The position numbers and the translations under genes are program-made. A model generated the notes under the pieces. That model worked only from the letters and a program-made list of their open reading frames with translations. It searched no databases and had not been told where the DNA came from. Of a stretch of DNA of 63,365 nt, positions 39,180 through 55,425 are shown one piece after another (positions within the stretch are counted from its first letter, which is position 1; every line of letters begins with the position of its first letter). The stretch lies in NCBI RefSeq assembly GCF_003918875.1, contig NW_025766151.1, forward strand, positions 1-63,365. The letters run 5' to 3'. Source of the DNA: Haliotis rubra (taxonomy: Eukaryota).

Positions 39180-42100
39180 TCATTTAAATTCATTCAAATT
39201 TTGGGAGGAATTTTTAAAATATCCAAATATTCCTGCCATGTAGGTAAAGATGGACCAAGCTCCCCGTTTCCTGACTGTGACTGCGTCGGTCTCTTTGTTG
39301 TGTGGGGAAGTATTCGAGCCTTCACACGGACTCCGGAAGTCCTGGATCAGCCAATCCATGGCGTCCTTAAGGCCCTGCCTGGAGACAACACTGCAGCCTA
39401 TAATGTTGGCCCCTGGAAGCATACATGTAAGTTCATTCACTTCGAAACGATCTCATTCAAAGCAGATTTTAATTCTCGCTACCGCTAAGCTAAGATCTTG
39501 GGACATTACAGACGACGTCAGAACCGTTCACTAGCTTTGAAAACACATCAATTGACTAACAAGAAGTCGATACAAGTTAACCGAGACATGTAATGATAGG
39601 CTAAAACTGTATGCCAGTTTTACCCACATGTTCTCAAAATTCTCTTCCTTTCAAAATGTTTATCCGAAGTAGTGAGAGATGAAAGTTTTGACCAGACTCA
39701 TGATGAACTGTCCTCTGATTTTTTGTCACTGGAGGCGAGAATTAAGATCTTATTTCAATAAGATTGTCAAGTACCTTCCTGAGGCACAACAATCAGTAAC
39801 TAGGGCATATATAATTGTTGGAAACAAAGTAAAGTCCAAGGCCCTAATTCTTCCTAGTAGAAACATGAACATTTTACAAGAATGTCTTGGTATTGCTTCT
39901 CTAATACGTTATAAACTGTAACAGCTATTCTGTTATAATATACTACCGACAAAAAATAAGGGGACAGATGAAATGATAGTGAATGTGAAATTGCTCTGAA
40001 TGTCCACTAAATCAAATGTGGGCGTAAAGTTCAATATCTGGTGTATCAACCATGTTGGATAACACATTCACGACACCTTGATGGCATACTGTTGATTAAT
40101 TTCCCGGATGGCTGCCCATGGTATTGCCCGCCATTCCTCCTGAAGAGCTGCATCAAGCTGGACCAGGTTGACGCGTGCGGGGTCCCTGGCGTACACCCTT
40201 CGACCGAGAATGTCCCATAGATGGTCAATTGGGGACAGGTCTGGGGACTGAGAGGACCAGTCCAATGTCTGTATGCCCTCTCGTCGGAGGATAAGCTGTG
40301 ACAATTTGGGCCCGATGTGGTCTGGCATTATCATCTTGGAATTCAGAATTCCTGCCGATGATCCTAGCCAGTGGAGTCACGACAGGACGCAAAATTTCGT
40401 CAACGTATCGCTGACCAGTAAAGGATCCATTAACGATGACCAGATCTGATCTCCTGTCATGTGTAACCCCGACCCACACCATGACACTATCACCCCCATA
40501 TCGATCATGATCAATAATTGCCGCTCTGGCATACCGCTCACCGCTACGGCGCCAACAACGTTTTCTGCCATCTGTGAATCTGAGGCAAAACCTTGACTCA
40601 TCTGAGAACATGGTGTAACGCCGATGGCGCAAAGCCCGTCCCTGATGCTGCCTAGCCCATGCCTATCTTTGGCGCCCTGAAAGGCCGCCTTGCTTTCAGA
40701 CGTGCTTGATTGAGCCGGTTTGTAACGGTTGAGTGTGACATTTGTCGCCCAGTGAGTGTACGGAATTCCCTATTGATGGCAGGTGCTGATTTGAACCTAT
40801 TGCGTAGGGCCATTAATGTAATGAGACGATCCTGTCGTGGTGTCGTTGATTTTGGTCTGCCACGCCCAGGTCTCATTGCCCACAGGCGAGAAATTACACT
40901 TTTTGATTTACCCAACATTCGGGCAACTTGACACAATGATGTCACCCCTTCTATCATCCCCACAATTCTCCATTTTGTTTGTTCATTGAGATGCTGCCTC
41001 GGAGGCATTTTTCAGCATGTGTTCAACTCTCTTGCATTAGTGATTGTGAGTTCTCCAATACGTTGACAGAGGTTGACTTGTGTGTGCACGTGCATCACGT
41101 GTTGGTAATGCTTCATGTGGAATTTCATTGTCATTGGATGTTGCGTTTGGGTGCAACGCTACGGTAACGCACCCTTTCACCTCTACGTTTGCTACATTCA
41201 GTTTCTTAGTTCCCTTATTTTTTGTCGATAGTATATATTATGACCGCGTAACCGCAGAGGAACACCATTATTTATGACCTTGAACAATATATTTCTGGAC
41301 TTTAAAACGAATGTAAACAATTGAATCATTAACTGTTGGTATTTTAATCAGATGGTTCCGCACATTAAAGACTGATGAGATAGAGCTTGAATAAACAAGT
41401 AGCAATTTGAGCTTTATCTCAACCTTCATCTCATTTCGACATATATAGGCGATAATTCCTTCCTGAAACTTACGGTGTGTCTTGAGTATGTTCTGGAAGT
41501 CCAGTGCCTCGGCAACCTCTGTTACTGTCATGGCGTCCCGTCGATCCTGTTTGTTGGCAAGGACGAGGAAAGGAATGTCCTTGTGGTCTTCATAATTTGC
41601 GGTAAGCCTCAGCTCCTCCTGAGCCTCCTGTATGCGTGCCCGGTCGTCGCTGTCCACCATGAACAGGACGACATCTGGGTGTGTGTAGTAGAACCGGCGT
41701 CTATACTGGAACTGGGGAAAACAACAGGTCAAAAGTGTGAACCAACGTGGCAATGCTCGACAATCCAGTGATCAATGTCATGAGCATCAATCTATGCAAT
41801 TGGGATGTGTCAACCAAGTCGGCGAGTCTGACCACCTGTTAGGTGACTATTACGCGTGAGTTTAGTTTTACGCCGCCTTTAGCAATATTCCAGCAGTATC
41901 ACGACGGGGGGACATCCGAAATGGGCATAACACATTGTACATTGTAGGGAATCGAACCGTGGTCTTCGGGGTAACGCTTACACCACAAGGCTACCCCACC
42001 GCCCGTCACGCCTGTCACGTAGCAGGGTAACACTGTGGGTGAGGGAATTACTTGGGTGTAGGCCGTTATTAATATTATTTTATCCATGTGTTAACGTGGC

Positions 42101-44076
42101 GTGTGCCCAAGGCGATAAAGACCTAAGACATTACACCACGCCAGTTACAACAAAAATGTGATTTTTGTCAACAAATATGCATACATGCACGCACCCACCA
42201 ACACGCACTGCCCGCTTTCAAAGTTTGCATGTTACGTTATTAACATCGTCAACTGAGATGCATGTCATAGAACTTAGTTTAATCCTTATCGACTTTACAT
42301 GCGCTTGACCATTGGCAATAATTAGTTAGAAAGTCACACGATCCTTGTTGTATAAGAAAACCGATAGATTGAAATAAATCATAAATTGTGAATATGTGAT
42401 ATTATAACATCCAAAGTTTAATTCTGATCTACCAAAATTTGGTATACACCCTTTGGTATAACTGACCACACGACGTCTTTGCTCAAAGTCAATCAGGGTC
42501 ACGTTGATGTTCTTGTAGAGTAGTGTCCATTTGGATTCACCTAAAACATAGTACGAAAACACTATTAGCTGATGCACAAAAAGAAAGTACACGCCTGATT
42601 CTATGGGATTATTATCCCAAAACAACGGCGCTGGTCGTAAATATGCTGAAAAGGTGTAGTGACTGGCTTACAAGCACACTTGCGTTACATCACTTCTAAA
42701 TACCCCTCATGGGCAAGTTACGCAGATATATAAGTTATCATGCTAAATACATTTTATCGTAAGAACCTACTCACAGAGGGTATGTCGTGTTGGCTGAAGG
42801 CCTTCTGACGTTATTCGGTGTAACAGTGACGTTTTTCCTGCATTATCAAGCCCTGGAAAATATAAGGACATATTATTGGATAGGACATGTTCACCTTACC
42901 ATCTAAAAGGCATACATATTTATGCATACTGGCTTCTTTCACGGGGTCTGGTGTCAGGTTTTTGCCTAAATATAAGTGGTTGAAACGAAGACAACAATAA
43001 CTCTTTATAAACGTTTGGTTCTTTTAATAATTTCAGGCTGTGAAGATCAAGGTGAGAATTGGTTTTCACTAACCCAGGCTTGTCATAAGTGGCAACTAAC
43101 GGGATCACCTGTTTAGGCTAAATGATTAGATTGATGCATGGATGCTCATGGTGTCAAATACTGGATTGTCTGGTCCAGCCACAGGAATAGCAGGGATATT
43201 TCTGATTGAAACAGTGGCAACAACAACAATAACAACAACTATCAGTTCGGTGATTTTGTTTTAATATGAAAGGTCATTTCAATAGTTATGAATAATGAGG
43301 ATTTATTGACACTGCCTGGTCAAAAGGACTGGCCTAATAAGGTTAATCGTACATGATTTAATGTCACTGTTTCGAAACGTCACACCCTGCTACCAAAAAG
43401 CAACAGACGTACCATGCTTATGCATGTATACATGGAATGTTGTTTGTTGAAGAATTTTAAGACATACATTTCTAAAAAACAAGGAGCGGTGGGGAAGCCT
43501 AGTGGTTAACGTGTTCGCTCGTCACGCAGAAGACCCGGGTTCGATTCCCCACATGGGTACAATGTGTGAAGCCCATTACTGGTGTCCCCCGTTGTGATAT
43601 TGCTGGAATATTGCTAAAAGCGGCGTAAGTCTAAACTCACTCACTGAGACACAGCAATAATGATTCCACTGAAGCGGCAACTCACTCACTCACTCCAAAA
43701 ACAAAACAAAAAATGATCCTTTGCGCAGGTTTCTTCAACAGCTCATTATAAATGTCAGTTTTAAAAAATGCGTGAAACTGTGAACATGCCAAAAATATAC
43801 CAGCCTACATTTGTCCCCTTGTAAAAAGGAACGCTTATATGGTATCAGTAAATCAGCACATTCTGTAAAATACATAGACTCTAACTACGTGAGTTTTCTG
43901 AGCCATAATTAGGAGGTAAATGTGTGACGTGTTTAGTCCACGTGCTTCTTTTGGTCATGCAGTCTTTTACTATGACTCGATGACTACCTTTAACGTAAAA
44001 GTACTATGTACATACCATGCATGAGAACTTTCACTTCCTTCCTTAGCCATGGCAGCATACTAATATATTGTCCCAT
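39180..44076 (-). CDS. ARF-like small GTPase, copy A: intact ~227-aa ORF with divergent switch regions and a C-terminal extension
   Basis: Exons 44016-44076, 42775-42852, 42467-42540, 41474-41711 and 39180-39412, all GT-AG and in frame. Reads MGQYIS..., GLDNAGKT, VLFMVDSDDRARIQEA, LVLANKQD, GCSVVSRQGLKDAMDWL. Confidence 0.9.
39943..41231 (-). mobile_element. Tc1-family DNA transposon (defective transposase) in intron 4 of ARF-like copy A
   Basis: TIRs ctaccgacaaaaaataagg / ccttattttttgtcgatag and TA TSD. HTH and GRPK motifs, MFSDES, QDDNARPH, SPDLSPIDHLW; frameshifts. Confidence 0.95.
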
Positions 44077-44478
44077 TTTGTTTATCGATTGTTGCCTGTG
44101 TCAGCTCTAAGCTCAGTACACCGTATACGTTCTTATATTCTGCCCGTCCTCTTCAGTACTACTTGAAATACAGCCGAGACGACTGGTGTGTATAAGTATA
44201 TATACATCGAGCCCACACCGTGGATTTCTAACTCTGTCAATAACACGTTGGCCGGGCGTACGTTACGGTAATTCCCGTGGACTGTTACTGATATCGGATA
44301 TTGATGTGGACACGGTCAAAGTACGCTATCTAAGGCAAACGTGATGCATTATCCACTATAACCTTACAGGCTGATATCGTGCAGTGAACACTCCGGAATA
44401 TGGTTTTACCGATACACAAAGTTTTATGATCGAATGATCGTCAGGAACGACTGTTATACCGCACTAATCTCTGTCTTT

Positions 44479-44640
44479 GTTTACCTATCAAATCGACGGC
44501 AGTCGGAAGTACATAACGGTCAATAGTCCAGGCGGCTTGGATCACTGAGCAAGAGCAGCATTCCCAGAGAACCAGGCTAAAATCCGTACAACTTAATAAT
44601 ACAAGCGCAGGTAAAACATCCACGGATATTTGCGTGACGC
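44479..44640 (-). promoter_or_regulatory. Conserved 5' non-coding exon/promoter of ARF-like copy A
   Basis: Donor AG|GTAAAC at 44484/44485 plus a CGGAAGT ETS-like motif; homologous to 49733-49830 and 55320-55425. Confidence 0.65.
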
Positions 44641-44840
44641 TTAGGATTAATAGGATTTATGAAGAATGTCCGTAAATGTTTTAATCTTTCAGTTTATAAT
44701 CATGTAGTTCATTTAGCTGTGTAAATGTCCTATTATCAATATATTTTTAGGAAGAATTTAGCAGCAGATAGATAGGTCTTCGTATTTTCACTGACACCGC
44801 AATTCATAGTCGCTATAAGAGTTAAAATGTCATATATACA

Positions 44841-45326
44841 CAGTCGTGCAAAAGGTATTCTGCACTTGACGTAATTTCCATAGACTTACAGGTTAATTTA
44901 GTGTAGCATAAATAATTTTCATGAATTTAATTTTTGTAAGATCCAAGTAATATTTTTGCAAATTTTTGAGGAATCATCTTACCTACAATCACATAATTTA
45001 TGTTTAATTTTCCGTTGCCAATTTATCGAATGGCAACAATTTAATTAACATATGTACAGTGCCGTGAACTCCTTTAACATGGCGGCCCATGGGAGTGTGC
45101 ATTGTGGAACCATACGTAAGTTGATAAATGTGATGTCATTAGTTAAATAGTGGTCGGAAAATTAAACTGAAATTATGTGCGCAGAGCAGAGATGATTTGA
45201 AATTTGCCTGTCAGTATTTTACAAAGATCCATCCCAAACTCACATCATGAAAATTATTCATGCTACACTAAATTAACCTGTAAGTGTATGGAAATTACGT
45301 CAAGTGCCGTATACTTTTTGCACGAC
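44841..45326. mobile_element. MITE with long (~90-bp) terminal inverted repeats
   Basis: gtcgtgcaaaa...gcacttgacgtaatttccata.acttacaggttaatttagtgtagcat and its reverse complement at ~45245-45326; TA-rich flanks. Confidence 0.85.
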
Positions 45327-46668
45327 ATACGCTTCAGCATCTCATGTAGTGCACGTTTAAAGCCAAATGCATAGATTATGCTATAAACAAACGCGTAGTG
45401 CAAAGCTTCTTCAGCAGTGATGCTTTTGTGTCAATGAGCATTTAAATACTCGCTTTAATCAAAGTTGGATAAAGTATATTTCATGTTCTACTGTTTTTTG
45501 CAATAACAGGATATGCTAAGTCAGCACTGCGCCGGAGTGTGAGTACCACATCCGTTTCAAATCTGAAAACTTTTCACCTTCGTTACAATCACAATCCGTG
45601 CAGTGATAACTTTTGCAAAGAACCGTGCAGTAGTCGGGACTGGTTGCGTTTCTAGTCAAAGGAGGTAATCGTGTCTATATGAGAGATCCACTGGTTTGTC
45701 CGTCCTAGAACTCTTAGCTCATCGCTAAACTTTTTTAAGGGTAGGTTGCCACATCTGTCGTGGGCTGACAGTGTACAACCGTGGGCTTGAGCTAATCACA
45801 TACACCAAACCAAAGTTATGCGTCTTGTCTCAAAGGGATTCTGTTTTGCAAACGGTAAATATATTACGAGAAATGTCAAAGGTTCAGTTTAAGTATATCA
45901 AAGTTCATGTGAGAGGAATGCTCTGGGACTCGAACTCGAAATGGGCCAGAATAACAGCCTTTATCCCTACATCCCTCAGTATCGCAGGCAAAAAATCTTC
46001 AATAGAACTTTGTGAGTTTCAGGACAACAAATACCAATTGCGTTTTAATGGCTTACAATATAGTTACGAATGTTCTTAACATTATGCGCGTAAGACGGAA
46101 TACAGCTTCGTCTTGGAAATGAACAGCGTTCGGTAGATATCTTTGGGTGTCGCATCAGTAATGGACGAAGATGAGTCACTTGTTTGGTACTTGCCATTGT
46201 TTACACTATTTTCACTTGCAACATAAACTAATGAATTCATCTGTTAATCATTCAAATCGTGTATAAGATTCAGATAATGTAATGACTGAAATTCCACATT
46301 CTACAATTAACAAAACGGCAAAATATTTCAGATATTTTAGAAAGTAGCCATCTATTTTATTACGATAGCAATTACATACATTTTGAAGTTCCCAGGGGAC
46401 TGAAAACGCCCGGATTAAAAGAAACGAAGTCAAGGTACATTTTGATGTGTGTTGTCTTCTAATCCCCTCACATAATTACCCTATTGTCAAGGAAGACTTC
46501 AATGCACTATCAGTTGTCAAAATGAAGAATTGCTAACCAGGAACCTATAACTAATGGTTTCGAACCAACGAAAATGGACTCATTCATTCAAGCCCTCTGT
46601 GCCCAGAACTGAAATTGGTCTCGAAGGTCTGCACAGACTACTGTGCTCATTATCCTACAAGTCTTTGT

Positions 46669-49609
<2,941 letters not shown>

Positions 49610-49732
49610 GTTAATGGGCACTGTTCAGAGAATTACACGGAAACAAAGTTATGTTGTCAGCTGTCACTGAGCGAATGACACAATCATCGTCAATAACGAC
49701 TGTTACATATACCGCCCCCATCTCGTATGTTT

Positions 49733-49830
49733 GTTTACCTGGCAAATCCACGATGGCCGGAAGTACGTCACGGTGTACAACAGGGAGAATCATGCAAGCG
49801 CACGTAAAATATCCCTGGCAATGCGCTTGA
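49733..49830 (-). promoter_or_regulatory. Conserved 5' non-coding exon/promoter of ARF-like copy B
   Basis: Donor at 49738/49739, CCGGAAGT at ~49757, acceptor at 49621-49622 just upstream of the ATG. Confidence 0.65.
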
Positions 49831-50360
49831 AATACTTTAAGTCAAGCAGAATGCTCATATTACCAGTATGTTTGGACGATATCATAACGACTGAGTTTTA
49901 TTTATTCAACTTTTCGTCTTCGTAAATGGATATATATTTCAGGTATCGTTCTTCCCATACAGCTGGGTCTGTCTATAAATATAGGGGAATACAGTATTTG
50001 CGGTCGGATGAAATGTTGGCATATTATGTTTCCAAACCTGAAACAGCTGTGAGCTTCCTCGAGCTTACCAACAACGCAAAATTGTTTGTTGAGCGAAGGT
50101 GTCGTGAAAAGAAAATTCAATGTTCGCTTTCATACATTACATCTCACATACAACTAAATACCATATAATAAATTATTAATGAATTATATGGTCTCTGATA
50201 CAACAAATTGGCAGATTGTATAATCTGTTGTATCTTCACCTGGTTCTGGCATGTCTAAGGGACGTAGAACCTCATCGAGCGACCTGGCTACGTACGTATC
50301 TGTGAGAGAATTGGGTTTACAGCTGCTCTGAACAGTATGTGGTTGTGACATCACATATCA

Positions 50361-50683
50361 GGGGCGGTGGTGTAGCTCAGTGGTTAAAGCGTTCTCTCGT
50401 CACGCCGAAGATCCAGGTTCAATTCCCCACATGGATACTGACTGACTGAGTTTAGTTTTACGCCGCAGCAAATGTCCAACCATCACGGCGGGGACATCAG
50501 AAATGGGCTTAACACATTGTGCCCATGTGGGGAATCGAACCGGATCCTCGGCGTGACGAGCCAACGCTTTAACCACTAGGCTACCCCACCGCCCCCACAT
50601 GGATACAATTAGTGAAGCCCATTTCTGGTGTCCCCCGCCGTGATATTGCTGAAATATTGCTAAAAGCGGCGTAAAACCATATT
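50361..50683. mobile_element. SINE family 1 copy (-) nested in a SINE family 1 copy (+)
   Basis: The host is split at CACATGGATAC, which is duplicated at ~50428 and ~50596. Confidence 0.85.
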
Positions 50684-53600
50684 CAGCTTTAGTGACGCAC
50701 GCTGGGCTCTTTCCCGTTTATCCATGACAAATAGGAGTGATGCATTTGAACCAAACCTGAGTTGATCCTGACACAACAAAGGGACGGAACTGCATTGCGA
50801 TCCATTATATCCATGTGATGCACGTAATTGTTCCGATTCTCCCTAAGGTATTGGTTGGCACGCGGGATTTAATATTTTTCGCTGAGTTGGAAATATAGCA
50901 GTCATGTGTAGCGGCATTAGTTAACTTCTTTGCTAGATGCACCTAACTGTACATGGCTGAAACTTGCGTTCCATCTTTGTAAAAACTGCTGGTTGCTGGT
51001 CCGAACTCCACATTCACAAGGCCTTTAAGGGACATTATCCACTTTGGTGACCAAGAACTGCTTTCAGGCAACGATATTTAATCCAATGAATTTGTGAAAC
51101 AAATGATTCCTTTTATGTGTAATTTACACAGTGATGCAATATGTCGGTACATCGGTCAATATACCGTTTCATATAACAAGAACAATTTTAAAATGCGCAT
51201 ATAATCAAATACAACCATAAATGATGATTGCAGTGTACGTGATGAAAAAAACAGATACGTCATGAACTAAACAAGAATATCTTGTTAAGCTCCCATGCAA
51301 GCTTAAATCTGTCTAGACTCACTTAAGTATGGAAATCATTTCTGAGGCAAAACAGTTTTCTATTCTTTATTAACCAGTGGACACTTCTTGGGGTGAATCT
51401 CATATAGTAATCTGGAGGATGAACAGCTCATGCTAAAATCGAATGACAAGTGCCATGTTATACTCAGTCAGTAATATACATATACATTGTGGTCGGTGCT
51501 GCATTGGTTCCGTTCAGTTGAGACGAGCTCAGTTCTGGGTTCCCAGCAGTCGTATTTGGAAATAAACCACGACCTGTTATCACAGTAAGCTATTGTGCCC
51601 ATTATCATACAAGCTGGAGTTCAACCCAGCTTCGGTATGAACGCTTTCAGGGACTCCAGTGGTCCTTTCATGTAGGTGGACAGAGACCAGGGAGACTTTT
51701 CTGTCTTCTTCCCCGAAGACCCATCTGTTTCCGGGTCACTAGGGTTAGCATCCGGGCGTTTCAGTGACCTCCCGTGGACAAGTGCCTGTGACATCCAGTG
51801 CAGGGCGTCATAAAGACCCTCACCAGAGATAGCACTGCACGCCATGACTGTCGCTTCTGAAATAAGACATTTGAATGAGTTTCTCTCATTATAGCTAAAC
51901 AATGACGTCATACTGTAGCTCACCTGGATATGTAGTCAACAGATAATGTTCATATTGTCAAAGTGAGTGAGTGAGTGAGTATGGTGTGATGTCGCCTTAG
52001 CAATATTCCAGCCCATATGATGATGGGGAACACAAGAAATAAGCTTCACGCATTGTACTCATGTGGGGAATCGAACCCGGGTCTTAACCACTAGGCTACC
52101 CAACGCCCCTCAAAGTGTCAAAGGCGAACTGTGCATATACATTAAACCAATACATGGAATAATACATGTCTTAATGTATTTTCTCCAAATTCAGTCTATA
52201 GATATTTTAGAATTCATTCTCTTTCACAAATACTTATTAATTCCTTGTCTGTCATATTTTTTAAACAAGATATACTGTAAGAAAGAGGACTCACAAAGCT
52301 CATCCAAATACGAAATTATACACTATGAACAAAAACTGATCATTGCATTTAGCATTTCATGGCGGTATCTGAGTTCAAACATGTATAAGAAGTTTCACTT
52401 AACGCATTCTTTATGGTGCATCTAATGATATACCAATTATATATTCCTCATCTTACTATGTGTTTTCTCAGTATCCTCGGGAAATCCCACTGCTCGGGGC
52501 AAAACCCTGGTACTGTCACTGCACCCGAGATAGTCCTGCTTTGTTGGCGAGGACGAGGAAGACAGCGTCCCTGGAGGTCCCCTGCCCCTCAACCAAGCGT
52601 CCCAGCTCATCTTTGGATTCCCTCAATACGTTCCCCTTCGTCGTCGCTGTCAACCAATGTAAAGAGTACGGCGTCGGTGTTTGGGCAGTAGTGGCGATAC
52701 AGAGGGACGCTAAATTCGACAAAAAGACATTTCATCATTGAATTCCATGTTTGGTCAGGATTGTTTATAAAGGTTGAAATGGAGTGACGACGATGACATA
52801 AGCATATTTGGTCGCTATTAGGATATCGTGCAAACATATAACAACCACTCTTTGTAAGGCATTAGGTAACAAACCTGTGTGGGTACATTACGTGTTTCAC
52901 TGATTTCTGCACATTGCAACCTTTGGGAATCGAACCGGTCTTCGTAGCGAGATGATCAACCGCCTTAAGCACCGGCATACTCCCACCGCCCCCTGAGTAT
53001 CATGAATATGGGTGAGCTATAAATGCATACTTCCAAAACACGCGTATCGTGTGATCTGTGCATTATTTATTTCAATCGATTGCACCAAACCACACCCTCA
53101 GACACTTGGTTAGAATCGGTCTTCACCAACTCATGCTTACTGTAATGGACAACAAACGGGATCGCGGCAAGGGTCACTCGACCCATTACATATGTCATGT
53201 CATTACGAAGATTGATGTTCATGATATCAGTCACTGGGGATTGTCTGGTCCAGACTCGATTATTTACATACCGCTGTCATATAGCTGGAATACTGCGGAG
53301 TGCGGTGTTAAATAAACAAACACGACAAAGGAGTATCCCAAACTTACGATTTTACCCCTTCCACCTACATCCCAGGCTGTTATGTTGACGTTCTTGTATC
53401 TAACTGTCTCCACATTGAAACCTGAAGTTACAAAACAAAATCTGTATTCAATCTTTTTGGAGGGACAAACCCAAAACTCTTTCGATGAGCTATGTATTGC
53501 AGTGAATGAGGATAGGAAGTTTACAGTTACGGGTTGCCAGTGTAAAGGGTGACCTGAAGATGGCAAATCGCCCTGTTTCCATCATACATGGAACAACAAA

Positions 53601-53719
53601 TCATCTGACTGTTACAGCAGGCCCTGCATGGCTGATCTATCCTTCATAGGAATATTTCCGAATATGTGTAAAGTTTCATTAAAGGATACCTGTTTGTTTT
53701 AGTGATATTATACAAATAT

Positions 53720-53846
53720 ACTGAACAACATTAGAAACGCACCACCCATATAATACGAAATATCCCCGTCAGACTGAAATGTACCATGATATCTGAGCAA
53801 TCGGCGCAGTACCTTATGTGGTGCGTTTCTATTGTTGTTCAGTATA
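53720..53846. repeat. Imperfect inverted repeat (MITE remnant)
   Basis: tactgaacaacattagaaacgcaccac ... gtggtgcgtttctattgttgttcagta. Confidence 0.7.
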
Positions 53847-53887
53847 ACAAACAATTAATACAGACATATTCATACCTGATGGGATAA

Positions 53888-54268
53888 TGAGGTGTGGTGA
53901 GGTGAAATTGGGCTTAACGTCGTGCTGAGAATATTCTCGCTCATAGGACGACGTGCATGTGTATGTGTGCGTGCGGGTTGCTTTGTACCTAGCCCAGACT
54001 TACGCTGGTTTTATTAGTGTTAGCTCCAATTGAGATACATATGCCGCAGTGAACCATATTGAATTCTACCAAATATTCAGACACATATCATTATACTGAC
54101 CTGAGCTGACAGTCCTTTATTGTTGTACCCATTAATGCCGAGCACCAGGTAGGGACCAACAAGTACCATATTTTAACGTCCTTTGGTATGACGCGGTCGG
54201 GGATCGAACCCGCAACCTTCGTTTCTCCGGCAGACGCTCTGGAATCAATTACACCACGGAGGCGGTCA
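53888..54268 (-). mobile_element. tRNA-derived SINE family 3 (Meta/MESC-like core, (CACCT)n tail)
   Basis: Reverse-complement B box gggttcgatccc and core ccgcgtcataccaaag. Related pieces at ~1860-1941 and ~60640-60890. Confidence 0.7.
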
Positions 54269-55319
54269 ATGGGATAATGGAACCCAAAAAGATGATGAAT
54301 TATTAAATATATATCATTGAAAATTTAAAATATTTCGAGCATTTCTTAACTGTGGCCCTTTAATGGATCCATTCAAAACATTTATGCATTTGGTAAACTC
54401 CCCGGAAGACAATAATTTCTTCTACCAATTGTTGGAATGGCAAATAACCCTCCGAGTTTTAGCATGTACAATAGTGGTTTTCCCGGCAGCATCGAGCCCT
54501 GAAAGAAAAATTGTAAAGCGTATCATCCTTAATTTGATAAAACACACCCTACAAATATTTTTTAAAAAATCACTGAAAACAGATCGTGTATAAGTTTTTT
54601 GAATTCCAAAGTGCAAACAAATATAAAGCAGGAAAGAGAATGATGATTTTAAGAGGGGTCGTTTTTCTGGGAGGCTAAGTTTTACATATGACATGCAAAG
54701 GGTGGGGTGTCACTCACTTTTGCTACACAAAATTTAGTAGTACCTGCCAAGCACGAAACTGTACTTCATGTTTGTTGATCAGTGTAAGGATACTAAATTC
54801 GCTTGCGCGTGACGCAGCAGAGGTTGGGTCGCAACCCAGTGTGGGAATTTGGAGGGATATATCGTCCGGGTAGTCGTGGGCAAAACAAAAGCAACAACAT
54901 ATGTATTGGTCTGACCGAGGATTCGTGACTAATGTACCTCTTTGACATTTACTAATTGGAACTATAGAAGCAAACGTAAATAAAAACAAACTTACGAGAA
55001 AGTAAAACAAAATGACTATACCTACCATGCATGAGTGATCCTGGAATTTTCTCTTCTTCTTAAACCATCCAAGTTTTGGCGAAATACCGCCCCATGCTGA
55101 GCCAGGTTAAAACACACAGGAAATACTATTTAGCTCTTTCACAAATCTCAGTAACTCGTTGTTTTGAGAATTACTTGACTTGAGGTGTATGTATTGACAC
55201 ACACCTGGGTATGTGCAACGTTCTTCTTTATCAGCTGCCGTCGTTTTTTGAAGAATGCGTAAACAGCATAATCGCTTTCGTTGTTAATATCCAGCGCTTC
55301 ACTACTACCACGTGGTTTT

Positions 55320-55425
55320 GTTTACCTGTCAAATCCACGGCGGTCGGAAATCTGTTGCGCCGTATAATCCGGATATGTGAATTACAGGAAGATACATAAA
55401 ATATACACGCTCTAGAAACGTCCAA
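55320..55425 (-). promoter_or_regulatory. Conserved 5' non-coding exon/promoter of ARF-like copy C
   Basis: gtttacctgtcaaatccacggcggtcggaaat, homologous to the blocks upstream of copies A and B. Confidence 0.6.

Larger units (their letters stand above)
51621..55095 (-). pseudogene. ARF-like small GTPase, copy C (multiple frameshifts; pseudogene or assembly errors)
   Basis: Exons 55026-55095, 54426-54498 (GLDAAGKTT), 53348-53421 ([25 protein letters not shown], intact), 52457-52709 (frameshifted; DAVFLVLANK) and 51621-51856 (intact, with C-terminal extension). Confidence 0.82.
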
